Sequence record: SRR31156797_11191
Length of the DNA: 48,300 nucleotides
Reading direction: 5' to 3' (one strand)
In this document: positions 1 to 9,051 of the stretch, in pieces
Layout: every line of letters begins with the position of its first letter
Numbering within the stretch: the stretch's first letter is position 1
Notes under the pieces: generated by a model
Seen by the model: the letters and a program-made list of their open reading frames with translations, nothing else
The model's database searches: none
Told to the model about the DNA's origin: nothing
Position numbers and translations under genes: made by a program

Positions 1-50
1 TCCGGCCTCTCACGCCGGCAACAGGGGTTCAAACCCCCTTGGGGACGCCA
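1..50 (+). tRNA. tRNA-Glu (anticodon CTC), 3' portion; 5' end lies before the window
   Basis: Anticodon arm CCGGC-CT(CTC)AC-GCCGG, T-arm AGGGG-TTCAAAC-CCCTT, acceptor 3' strand GGGGACG plus encoded CCA at 48-50. Confidence 0.93.
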
Positions 51-60
51 TAAGAATTTC

Positions 61-95
61 AAGCGGTTACAGTGAATGCTGTAGCCGCTTTTTTC
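61..95 (+). terminator. Intrinsic terminator after the tRNA
   Basis: AAGCGGTTACAG-tgaatg-CTGTAGCCGCTT stem running into a T tract; a second weaker hairpin plus T run lies at about 113-151. Confidence 0.7.
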
Positions 96-387
96 GTTGC
101 GTATCACAGGCGCAAAAAGACCTCGGGGGTCAGTGCTTCCGGGGCTTTTTTCGTTGCTCACTTATTTCATTGCAGGCTGCATTCAGACCAACCCACAAAA
201 TCCGTCAAGCGATATTTACGGTTTCTTTCCAGCATTTGGCTGACCAGACCGTGTATTTGATCGACATCAGGCCATATTTCACTGACATGCCCCGCGCAGG
301 TGGCTCTCTTCTTTAAAACCCCGTGTTACAATTTCCCGGATTCCCGCGAATGGTGTTTGGGAACGAAATGCTCAGAGAGGTAACGCC

Positions 388-1782
388 ATGAGCAAACCAT
401 ATTCGTATCAACTGAAACACGACCAAAACGGTCGCATCTTGGAGAAAACCGAAACCGTGGCAGGCACCCCCGTCACCTGGAAATATTCCTATGACAAGGA
501 GGGGCGACTTTTCGAAGCGCACCTGGATCACAGGCTGATCTGTCAATGCTACTACGACAAAGAAGGTCGCCGACTGCGGGACTACCTGCCCGCCACCTGC
601 GGGTATAATTACCGTGACTTCCAGTACAAACTGGATAACCGGCTTCTCCATGCCGGAGACAGTACATACGTTCACGATGACAAAGGATTCCGCTCCATGT
701 GGTGCCGCAAGGGAACCTATCATCTCTATAAATATGCCCCGGACTACCGGCTGCTCAAAATGGAGGTCGAGGGGCAGGACCGCGTCTACACTTTCCGGCA
801 CGATGAGGACGGCCAGCGGGCCGCCAAATACCTGAACAAACAACTTGTCGAGGCCTACCACTGGCTCGACTTCATCCGGCTGGGAGCCTTTTATGACGGG
901 CGCATGAGCTACGAATTCGGCTATGAGGAAGGCGAGCGGTTGCCCTCGTCCATACGCCGTGAAGACGGCTTCACTTTCACGCTGCACTACGATCAGGTGG
1001 GTTCCTTGCGCGTTGTTGCCGACACGTCCGGCAACGTGATAAAGGAGGTTCTGTACGACCCCTTTGGTGGCATTATCGAGGACACTGCTCCGGGCCTTCG
1101 TGTACCCATCGGCTTTGCGGGTGGCCTGCACGACCATGACCTCGGCTTAGTTCGCTTTGGCTGGCGAGACTATGACCCCTTCACCGGCAGATGGACTGCG
1201 CCTGATCCCATCGGCGACAAGGGCGGCGACCCGGATTGGTATGGGTACTGCTTGGATGATCCGGTCAACGCCAATGATCCGACTGGACTTTTGGCCTTCC
1301 TGCTGCCCTTTGCCGCAGGCATGGCCGGGGCTACCGCCATCGGCAGTACCGGAGCGTATGCGGCAGCGAAAGTTGCTGATTGGTTCGGCTCGAAAACCGA
1401 TAAGGATTATGGGAAAAACAAGCCCACGGCCACCGAAGGCGTCCACAATGCCATGGATAAGGTCATAGGACTCAACGCCGGCATCGTTGGTACGGCTGGA
1501 GCGGCAAAGGCGGCTCCAGCAGTAGTTGCAACAGGAAAATCGATTATTAATCAAGGAAGTAAGGCTGTTAAAGCTATCGGCGACAAAGCAAAACAAGTCG
1601 CACGAAACCCAAAGGTGAGCAAGCTGGGCAATGCTGCTGGAGATTCTATCAACTCAGCACTGCCCACCGGAACACCTGCCCCTAGTAAAGCTGGATATGC
1701 AGGCGGCATATATGGACACTTGTTCGATGTCGAAGATCAGATAAATGAAGGAATCGGATGGATAAAAAAACAACGAGAATAA
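388..1782 (+). CDS. Short RHS/YD-repeat protein with RHS-associated core and variable C-terminal (putative toxin) domain
   Basis: YD repeats (YSYDKEGRL, YYDKEGRR), core motifs HYDQVGS, YDPFG, RDYDPFTGRWTAPDPIG and DPVNANDPTGL cleavage motif; GAGG RBS. Confidence 0.9.
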   Translation: MSKPYSYQLKHDQNGRILEKTETVAGTPVTWKYSYDKEGRLFEAHLDHRLICQCYYDKEGRRLRDYLPATCGYNYRDFQYKLDNRLLHAGDSTYVHDDKGFRSMWCRKGTYHLYKYAPDYRLLKMEVEGQDRVYTFRHDEDGQRAAKYLNKQLVEAYHWLDFIRLGAFYDGRMSYEFGYEEGERLPSSIRREDGFTFTLHYDQVGSLRVVADTSGNVIKEVLYDPFGGIIEDTAPGLRVPIGFAGGLHDHDLGLVRFGWRDYDPFTGRWTAPDPIGDKGGDPDWYGYCLDDPVNANDPTGLLAFLLPFAAGMAGATAIGSTGAYAAAKVADWFGSKTDKDYGKNKPTATEGVHNAMDKVIGLNAGIVGTAGAAKAAPAVVATGKSIINQGSKAVKAIGDKAKQVARNPKVSKLGNAAGDSINSALPTGTPAPSKAGYAGGIYGHLFDVEDQINEGIGWIKKQRE

Positions 1783-2093
1783 AATGGCTCCCCTTGCTCG
1801 GAGGGGGAGGTCTTTTTGTCTACAGCTTCTTTATGTCTCCAAAAGCAATGCGAGCATACGGAGATATCCCCGTGCCCGAATATGCAAATTGGGTATGGGG
1901 GGGACTCGGCCTGTTACTTGTTTGGTATGGAACCATAGGGCATAGGCTTCGCTACAATACGAAAAAAGGCCTCAAAATATGTCCATCATGTCAAAACCTT
2001 TGGCCCAACGACAAACAAAACTGTTCCTCATGCAATGCCCCTCTTGAGCCTCTGGAAGGCTTTTATGAACGACACCCGAAACTAAAAAAATAG
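1758..2093 (+). CDS. Putative immunity protein: two TM helices plus C-terminal zinc ribbon
   Basis: Overlaps the RHS stop; two hydrophobic segments; CPSC...CSSC; AAGGA RBS. Immunity role is inferred from position. Confidence 0.65.
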   Translation: MDKKTTRIKWLPLLGGGGLFVYSFFMSPKAMRAYGDIPVPEYANWVWGGLGLLLVWYGTIGHRLRYNTKKGLKICPSCQNLWPNDKQNCSSCNAPLEPLEGFYERHPKLKK

Positions 2094-2094
2094 C

Positions 2095-2138
2095 AAGAGG
2101 AGGGCCCGGTTTCTTTCCCCGGAGCCCTCCTCTTTTAT
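2095..2138 (+). terminator. Intrinsic terminator after the RHS-immunity pair
   Basis: AAGAGGAGGGC...GCCCTCCTCTT stem followed by Ts. Confidence 0.65.
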
Positions 2139-2371
2139 TCCCCAAACACATCCTCAAGCACGTTCTTCGTAACCCCTAAACGATGAAGATATCGAGTCGT
2201 GGTCATCGGATTTTTGTGCCGCAATATGGTCTGAATCGTGCCCCCCCTCTTTGGGATACTAAAAGAAAAATCAACGGTTTACATCAAAAGATGCAACCCG
2301 TTTTCTTATTTTATCGATGAAACCCCGCTGGCTCGCCTCTGTTTCCGGCTTTCAGCGGTAAGTCAAAAGCT

Positions 2372-3172
2372 CTACAGAAACGTCTCCGGCTCTTTCGGAT
2401 CGGAACACTTTTCGTACAGGAATGTATTTATCTCACGTATTTTTGGAGCATCCCAGAACCGGGCCTGAGTATGGCAGGCCTTGATGCATGCGCCACACCA
2501 AATACAGCCGGCCACATCGGTTTCAACACCCGTTTCGGTCACGCTCACGACCTGTGAGGGACACATCTGAGCGCACTCGCCACACAAGGTGCATGTATCT
2601 TTATCGGTAACCGGGCTGAACGTGGATGGCGGCATGCCATCGCGGTGGGGGGTGTTACCGGGGACTTCCAAAGTATCAAGCTGGTCCAGCGATGCAACGC
2701 CCTGTATTTTATCGTAAACCTGAGAACCAAAAAGGTGAGCCTTGTCAATGTCCTTGTCGTTTGGACGTCCGGGGGCAACCGGGAGTTCGGAAGAGGAATA
2801 GGAATGCTGTGCAATAAATGCACCTGCAGCGCAGGGAACAAACCCCAGTTCATCAGTCAGATTACGAAGCTCCAGCAGTGCGTCTTCATAGGCTCGGTTG
2901 CCGTATACGGCCACGAGAACGACGGGACGGCCTTTGCCCTGAATATACTGACGAAGACGCTCCACCGCCAAATTGGGAACCCTCCCGGCATATACCGGCA
3001 CACCAACGATTACGACCTCTCCGAGGGCTTTTACAGATTCACTTTCCACGGGAAATGTCAGGTCAGTGCGGGTGACAGAGTCAAAACCCATACCCTCGGC
3101 AACTGCCTCAACAACCTTCAAAGTCGATTTGGTGGGAGAAAAGAATATTATTTGTCCGGTGTTGTATTTCAT
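2372..3172 (-). CDS. Flavodoxin-like plus 2x[4Fe-4S] ferredoxin protein (EFR1-like)
   Basis: FFSPTKST and VPVYAGRVP flavodoxin-like motifs; CTLCGECAQMCP and CIWCGACIKAC; start moved to ATG 3172 behind AAGGAG. Confidence 0.85.
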   Translation of the reverse strand: MKYNTGQIIFFSPTKSTLKVVEAVAEGMGFDSVTRTDLTFPVESESVKALGEVVIVGVPVYAGRVPNLAVERLRQYIQGKGRPVVLVAVYGNRAYEDALLELRNLTDELGFVPCAAGAFIAQHSYSSSELPVAPGRPNDKDIDKAHLFGSQVYDKIQGVASLDQLDTLEVPGNTPHRDGMPPSTFSPVTDKDTCTLCGECAQMCPSQVVSVTETGVETDVAGCIWCGACIKACHTQARFWDAPKIREINTFLYEKCSDPKEPETFL

Positions 3173-3365
3173 GTTCAGCTCCTTATTTTTTTTGGGATAC
3201 TTATGCCTTTCGATGCATGAATGCAAACAACGTCCATTCACATGTTCCTGAGAAAAGGTCTCTATGCCTTTTCATATTCATGCAACGTTCAGCATCGCGT
3301 TCCTCAAAAACACCAAGGGCTGACCGTAGGCCGGTCTTTGCTATCAAGACCTTTCCTCTAGTACG

Positions 3366-4169
3366 TCACTCTCTATCAACAGACCTCAACGCCTCATAGG
3401 GGGCATCAATCTCAATGCCGAAATACGTCTTCAGGGCATCCATATATTCCTGCCCTTCAGGGAGTTGTATTTCGTTTTCCTGTCCATCCTGAAACAGGGT
3501 AAGCCTGTTGTTGAACAATGTGACCATGCCGCCCTCAAGAGGTTTCATGGCAACACGGGAGGTGGTGAAAAACGAATTGGAATTGGTTGACGTGTAATGA
3601 GCGCCATAATTGATGTCGCCCTGACAAACATGTTCCATGTCAAAACTGTAAAGATTCTGCCAGCCCCCTTCAGAACGCGCCTGAAGCATGTTTCCGAAAA
3701 CACCGCCGTCGACCAGACGAATATACTTCCCGCCGATCTCCTGAACCGAGTCCTGTTCAAGCAGAAAGGGACCACGTGGATTATTCTTTCCGAACCCCAC
3801 ATCCACTAGCCATTGACGGCCTTCTACATTCACAAGGGAAAGCTGGTGGCCTCGCCCGGAGGGTTGCCCTGACAAATGAACCCGAGCCAAAAGCGGACGG
3901 GCGTCAAATCCAAAAGCACGAAGTGCCATAAGCAACAAACCGTTTAACTCGAGGCAATAGCCACCACGAGGGCGGCGTACGAGTTTATCAAAGAGATTTG
4001 CAGGATCGAGGTCGACGCCTCGGCCTAGTTGGATGTCAAAATTCTCGAATGGGATGTTGTAGAATTGCGCCCGTTGCAAGGCGTGCAGCCCCTCCGTCGT
4101 CGGCAATATTTTTTCTGAAAGATGCAATCGCTGAAGGTACGCTGTCGAATCGAACTCGAAGACTTTCAT
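3366..4169 (-). CDS. Arylamine N-acetyltransferase
   Basis: IPFENFD, RGGYCLELN (catalytic Cys), GH (His), LVDVGFG (Asp); start at ATG 4169 behind AGGAG. Confidence 0.92.
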   Translation of the reverse strand: MKVFEFDSTAYLQRLHLSEKILPTTEGLHALQRAQFYNIPFENFDIQLGRGVDLDPANLFDKLVRRPRGGYCLELNGLLLMALRAFGFDARPLLARVHLSGQPSGRGHQLSLVNVEGRQWLVDVGFGKNNPRGPFLLEQDSVQEIGGKYIRLVDGGVFGNMLQARSEGGWQNLYSFDMEHVCQGDINYGAHYTSTNSNSFFTTSRVAMKPLEGGMVTLFNNRLTLFQDGQENEIQLPEGQEYMDALKTYFGIEIDAPYEALRSVDRE

Positions 4170-4401
4170 TTGCGGCTCCTGCTCTACGGAGGATAAATTT
4201 TCCCCTGACACTACATACTCATCCGGGTGGATTCAAGACGAAAGGATTGTCAGACCTCTTGTGCCTTGCTTAAAATGACCAAATCTACCGATATTATCGA
4301 GTTATCCTATCCATAAGAATCTCATGGAAACTAAACAAAAGAACCTATAAAATAAAAACGGCCACGAAAACACCCGTACACTTCTCCCAGCAGGAGTTCC
4401 T

Positions 4402-4881
4402 ATGAAGAACGTATATAGCTTTCAATCCAAAGCCCTTCTCATAGGCCTTGTCATTTTTCACGTATTCGCCGGATTTTTGGTAGGTCACTTTTTCCCGCCC
4501 GGTCCTTGGGTTGAACAACTTTCAAAGCCTTCTTTTTACCCTCCTCCTTTGGCTTTCCCTGTTGTCTGGTCGCTTCTTTATGCGCTCATGGGAGTCTCTG
4601 TTTGGCTTCTCTTGCAGTCTGACCGGCAGGGCAAAGGAAAAGTCCTCTTATTATACATCTCCCAACTGACAGTAAATTTACTCTTCACACCATTGATGTT
4701 CGGTCTGCGCAATGTGTTTTTGGGCTTTTTGGATGTCCTGATTCTATTACCATTATTGGTTGTAACGATTGTTGTGTTATACAAGTTCTCTCCAAGGGCT
4801 TCATTGCTCCAAATTCCATATCTCCTCTGGGTCGGTTTTGCTCTGACCCTCTCTTTTTCTCTATGGAGATTGAATTCGTAA
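4402..4881 (+). CDS. tspO: TspO/MBR family tryptophan-rich sensory protein
   Basis: W..QLSKPSFYPP..AFPVVWSLLYALMG and IPYLLWVGFA motifs; five TM helices. Confidence 0.9.
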   Translation: MKNVYSFQSKALLIGLVIFHVFAGFLVGHFFPPGPWVEQLSKPSFYPPPLAFPVVWSLLYALMGVSVWLLLQSDRQGKGKVLLLYISQLTVNLLFTPLMFGLRNVFLGFLDVLILLPLLVVTIVVLYKFSPRASLLQIPYLLWVGFALTLSFSLWRLNS

Positions 4882-4904
4882 AAGCTTTAATGCCGGAGGG
4901 CATC

Positions 4905-5876
4905 ATGAAAAAGCGGGAAAACCAAACAAACGGTAAAATCAAATTGGGAATTGCCAAATGTCTGCTTGGACATAAGGTGCGATACGATGGCTCTCAAAAA
5001 CTTGACCGCTTCCTGCGCGACACCCTCGGAGAATACGTTGAATGGGTGCCTGTTTGCCCTGAAGTCGAAACCGGCATGCCTGTTCCGCGGGAAGCCGTCA
5101 GGCTGGTTGGAGACGTTGATGCTCCGAGACTGGTTGGACGCAAGACCGGAGAGGATTGGACCGACCGTATGCAAAAATGGGGAAGCAAACGGTTGAAGCA
5201 GCTCGAAGAGCAAAACATCTGTGGCTATGTCTTCAAATATGGCTCCCCTTCCAGCGGAATGACTCGTGTGAAGGTATATGCAGACAATGGGATGCCCCGG
5301 CTTGAAGGAAACGGAATGTGGGCGCGCATGGTCATGGATCGCTTCCCTCAGTTACCATTTGAGGATGATGGGCGACTCCATGATCCAAGATTAAGGGAAA
5401 ACTTCATATCAAGAGTCTTCACGCTGAAACAATGGAGGGAAGCAATGGCCGCCGGGCACACGCCCGGAAAACTTGTCGAGTTCCATACAAGACACAAAAT
5501 GCTGATCATGTCGCACAACGAAGTGATATACCGCGCGATGGGAAAACTGGTCGCTCAAGCCGGGACCGACAAAACTGATGTTCTTTTCTCGCAATATTTC
5601 GAGATGCTTTTCAAGGCCCTTTCCTACAAACATACAGTGAAAAAAAACGTCAACGTCCTGACTCATGCCGTCGGTTTTTTCAAAAAGGATCTTACATCCT
5701 CCGAGAAAGTCGAACTACTGGAACTCATTGATCAGTATCAAAAAGGACTTGTCCCACTTATCGTCCCCATGACTATGATCAATCACTACGTCCGAAAATA
5801 TGGAAAGGAATATTTGGAAAAACAATATTACCTGCATCCATATCCGGCAGAACTCATGTTGAGGAATCATGTCTGA
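4905..5876 (+). CDS. YbgA family protein (DUF523 thiouracil-desulfurase-like plus DUF1722)
   Basis: KCLLGHKVRYDG, PVCPEVETGMPVPRE, SPSSG, EDDGRL, FHTRHK, YLHPYP; ATG 4905 behind GGAGG. Confidence 0.88.
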   Translation: MKKRENQTNGKIKLGIAKCLLGHKVRYDGSQKLDRFLRDTLGEYVEWVPVCPEVETGMPVPREAVRLVGDVDAPRLVGRKTGEDWTDRMQKWGSKRLKQLEEQNICGYVFKYGSPSSGMTRVKVYADNGMPRLEGNGMWARMVMDRFPQLPFEDDGRLHDPRLRENFISRVFTLKQWREAMAAGHTPGKLVEFHTRHKMLIMSHNEVIYRAMGKLVAQAGTDKTDVLFSQYFEMLFKALSYKHTVKKNVNVLTHAVGFFKKDLTSSEKVELLELIDQYQKGLVPLIVPMTMINHYVRKYGKEYLEKQYYLHPYPAELMLRNHV

Positions 5877-5971
5877 TAAGCAACAAAAACGTATTGGCAC
5901 TCTTGTTGTCACAGGAAGCTGTTAGCGGAGGACCTCTCTTGATGGACTTTGTCCGTAATGATCTAAATACT

Positions 5972-6008
5972 AACAAGGAGTTACAGCATATCACTGTAAC
6001 TCCTTGTT
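5972..6008. repeat. 15-bp perfect inverted repeat (terminator-like; each arm resembles an IHF site)
   Basis: AACAAGGAGTTACAG-catatca-CTGTAACTCCTTGTT. Confidence 0.7.
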
Positions 6009-6188
6009 CGCTTTTACAACTCTTCACAGTTCATCTCAATCCTTCTCCACAAGCCAACTCTTTGAAAAATACATCGGGTTTCCTTTTTTTTATTCATGCT
6101 AAGTCTTTTCAATTGTCGTTCTTTTTGTAAACATCCTTTCTTTCCGACGGGTACAGGCTCGCCATACTATATATTCAGGAGACTATTG

Positions 6189-7067
6189 ATGAACGCCAAA
6201 ATTGGACGTAATGATCCCTGCCCTTGCGGTAGTGGTAAAAAATACAAAAAATGCTGCATGAATACGACAAATTCTGAGAGTCTGAATCTGTCAGAAACAT
6301 ACTTCAAACGCTACAAGGTGCGCCTGAAAACGCCAGAACAGATCGAAGGCATACGTCGTTGCGGCAAGCTCGTCATGAAAACGTTCGATGCCATCAAAGA
6401 CATGATCAAGCCCGGCGTGCAGACCGAAGAAATCAACAAGGTCGTCCACGAATTCACCATCAAGAACAATGCGCGCCCCGCGCCGTTGAACTATCACGGA
6501 TTCCCAAAAAGCGTCTGTATCTCGCCCAACGAGGTCATCTGTCATGGAATTCCCGGTGAATACACACTCAAAGACGGCGACATCGTCAACGTGGACATCA
6601 CCTCCATTCTTGATGGCTACTATGCTGACTGCAACCAGACGTTCTTCGTGGGGACTCCATCCCCTGACGCCCGCAAAATTGTTGACGTAGCCCGTGAATG
6701 TCTGCGCCTTGGCCTTGAACAGGCCAAACCCGGCAATATCATCAATGATATATCCACCGCCATTCAGGTGTACGCTGAAAAACAAGGATGCTCGGTGGTG
6801 CGGGAATACATGGGCCACGGTGTCGGCATCGAATTCCACGAAGCTCCCAACGTTCCCCACTTCCGTTCTCAATGGGGCAACGTTCCCCTCACACCGGGTA
6901 TGACGTTCACCATCGAACCGATGATAAACCTCGGTAACAAGGAAGTTCGTGTTCTTGATGACGAATGGACCGCCGTGACCAAAGACGGCTCCCTTTCCGC
7001 CCAGTTTGAACAGACCATCGTCATTACCGAAGACGGTTTCGAAAGCCTGACGCCGTTCGAATTATAA
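6189..7067 (+). CDS. map: Type I methionine aminopeptidase with N-terminal SEC-C motif
   Basis: [59 protein letters not shown] 6189 behind AGGAG. Confidence 0.95.
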   Translation: MNAKIGRNDPCPCGSGKKYKKCCMNTTNSESLNLSETYFKRYKVRLKTPEQIEGIRRCGKLVMKTFDAIKDMIKPGVQTEEINKVVHEFTIKNNARPAPLNYHGFPKSVCISPNEVICHGIPGEYTLKDGDIVNVDITSILDGYYADCNQTFFVGTPSPDARKIVDVARECLRLGLEQAKPGNIINDISTAIQVYAEKQGCSVVREYMGHGVGIEFHEAPNVPHFRSQWGNVPLTPGMTFTIEPMINLGNKEVRVLDDEWTAVTKDGSLSAQFEQTIVITEDGFESLTPFEL

Positions 7068-7090
7068 AATACTGAATTCAAAAAAATCAT

Positions 7091-7130
7091 ACCATCCCTG
7101 ATATACACATCAGGGATGGTTTTTTATTTT
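7091..7130 (+). terminator. Intrinsic terminator after map
   Basis: ACCATCCCTGAT-atacac-ATCAGGGATGGT plus T run. Confidence 0.8.
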
Positions 7131-7310
7131 TCATCCATAAATTCAACTCAGAAGCCTCAAATCATCCGCCCCGTATACCTTTGCACCTCTCGCGCAACTC
7201 CTTGTCTTCAGATTCTCCTATGGACTTTTCCTTTCAAACACCTGTATGTTTTTTCTTAATATTTATTGGAGTATCCAAAATTCGTTCTGCTTGAAAACCA
7301 TGGAGGTGTG

Positions 7311-8996
7311 ATGGAATTGTTACGGGCTAATCCGTTCATGGCACTGTTCCTTTCTCTGGCCTTTGGCTATCTGCTGGGGAAAATCAAATTCGGCAAATTC
7401 CAACTCGGGGGCATTGCCGGAACACTGATAGCCGCCGTCATCATCGGGCAGATCGGTCTAAAGGTTGATGAAGGCGTCAAAAGCATCTTCTTCGCCCTGT
7501 TCATCTATGCCGTTGGATACAGCGGTGGCCCACAATTCTTCAGTTCCATCAATCGCTCCACCATCAAACTGGTCTTTGCCGCCATCATGATGACCGTGAC
7601 AGGGCTACTGACCGTTCTTCTTTTCGCACAACAATTCGATCTGGGAGTCGGACTGGCTGCAGGACTGGCCGCAGGTGGCCTGACCCAATCCGCAATCATC
7701 GGCACCGCAGGAAGTGCAATAGACCTGCTGGGGTTAAGCCAAAGTGCGGTGAACAGCTTAAAGGTCGACATCGCGGTGGGCTACTCCGTGACATACATTT
7801 TCGGATCACTTGGACCGATCCTCTTTGTGACGGCAATTCTGCCAATGCTTTACAAGTGGGACATCCGCAAAGAAGCCAAGGCCCTTGCCCACAAACTTGG
7901 CGGTGGAGGTCTCGAACTGAATGAAGGCGAATATCTTCCTTTGTCCCGCATCGTTTCACGCGTGTATCGTGTTGCCGAAGGCGCACCGGTTGTCGGACAC
8001 AATCGCAACTTTCTGGAAGACCTGCACGACGACATGATCCGTGCTGAATCCGTCATGCGCAACGGCGTAGCCGCTGAGCTTGATGATACTTTCAGTTTCC
8101 AGCCAAACGACTTGGTCATGGTAACCGGCCTACGCACGGTGTTACAAAAATGCTCGCCATCCATAGGCCCGGAATACGAAGAAGAGGACGACCTTTTCAC
8201 GCTGGTTGAAGAATCCCGCAAAATATTCATAACCAACAAAGCCTTCCATGGACACACTCTTGAAGAAATCCAACACAGATGTGAAGGAAAGCACTACGGT
8301 GTATACTACACCTCGCTTACTCGCATGGGTCACGCCATGCCCCTGTTGCCCAAAACAGAAATCCATGTCGGTGACGAGATAACGCTCAGTGGTTCCAAAG
8401 AGGACCTCGACAAAGTGGAAAAAGCCATCGGCTACAAGTCCCCTTCAGTCCACGCCACGGAGTTCATGACCTTCGGCCTCGGCATGGTTGTCGGTTACCT
8501 GATTGGCCTTATCTCATTCCATGTCGGTTCTGCAGAAGTGACGCTCGGCAGTGGCCTTGGTTGTCTCGTCGCGGGTCTCGGTTTCGGTTTCCTGCGGATG
8601 AAGCACCCCCATTTCGGCGGCGTTGACTCTGGCGCAGTCAGTTTCCTGCAAAGCTTCGGTCTGGCCGTATTCGTTGGTGTCGTCGGGCTCAATGCGGGCG
8701 CAGAGGCCCTGACAACCATCCAAAAGCATGGGGTCACTCTCCTGCTGCTGGGAGTGGGCGTCACCATGATCCCTCAGTTCGTGACGTTCCTGTTCAACTA
8801 TTATGTATTGAAAATCAAAAATCCCGTCATCGCCCTTGGCGTGGTCACCGGTAGTCGAAGTGCAAACCCGGCTTTTTCCGCACTGCTCGACAAGACGCAA
8901 AACGCCACCCCCGTGGCTGCATTCACCGTGACCTACGCCATTGCCAACATCATGCTGACGCTCTGGGGTCCGGTCATCGTCACGATCCTCCACTAA
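7311..8996 (+). CDS. aspT: Aspartate:alanine antiporter (AAEx/YidE family, TrkA-C domains)
   Basis: GYSGGPQFF and AGGLTQSAIIGTA motifs, duplicated TM halves, adjacent to aspD; ATG 7311 behind GGAGG. Confidence 0.92.
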   Translation: MELLRANPFMALFLSLAFGYLLGKIKFGKFQLGGIAGTLIAAVIIGQIGLKVDEGVKSIFFALFIYAVGYSGGPQFFSSINRSTIKLVFAAIMMTVTGLLTVLLFAQQFDLGVGLAAGLAAGGLTQSAIIGTAGSAIDLLGLSQSAVNSLKVDIAVGYSVTYIFGSLGPILFVTAILPMLYKWDIRKEAKALAHKLGGGGLELNEGEYLPLSRIVSRVYRVAEGAPVVGHNRNFLEDLHDDMIRAESVMRNGVAAELDDTFSFQPNDLVMVTGLRTVLQKCSPSIGPEYEEEDDLFTLVEESRKIFITNKAFHGHTLEEIQHRCEGKHYGVYYTSLTRMGHAMPLLPKTEIHVGDEITLSGSKEDLDKVEKAIGYKSPSVHATEFMTFGLGMVVGYLIGLISFHVGSAEVTLGSGLGCLVAGLGFGFLRMKHPHFGGVDSGAVSFLQSFGLAVFVGVVGLNAGAEALTTIQKHGVTLLLLGVGVTMIPQFVTFLFNYYVLKIKNPVIALGVVTGSRSANPAFSALLDKTQNATPVAAFTVTYAIANIMLTLWGPVIVTILH

Positions 8997-9051
8997 TAAC
9001 AGACCATAATCACAATAAAGCTACTTACAAACTCGCAGGAAGGAGAAAATT

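Noticed and set aside
1-6100. Integrase-bearing island or prophage at tRNA-Glu
   Set aside because: No integrase or phage genes, and I found no duplicate of the tRNA 3' end (att) in the window by eye
5894-6130. 78-aa ORF between ybgA and map
   Set aside because: TTG start without an RBS, runs through a palindrome, and has no motif
6189-6260. SEC-C motif fused to Map as a novelty
   Set aside because: A known architecture in anaerobe methionine aminopeptidases
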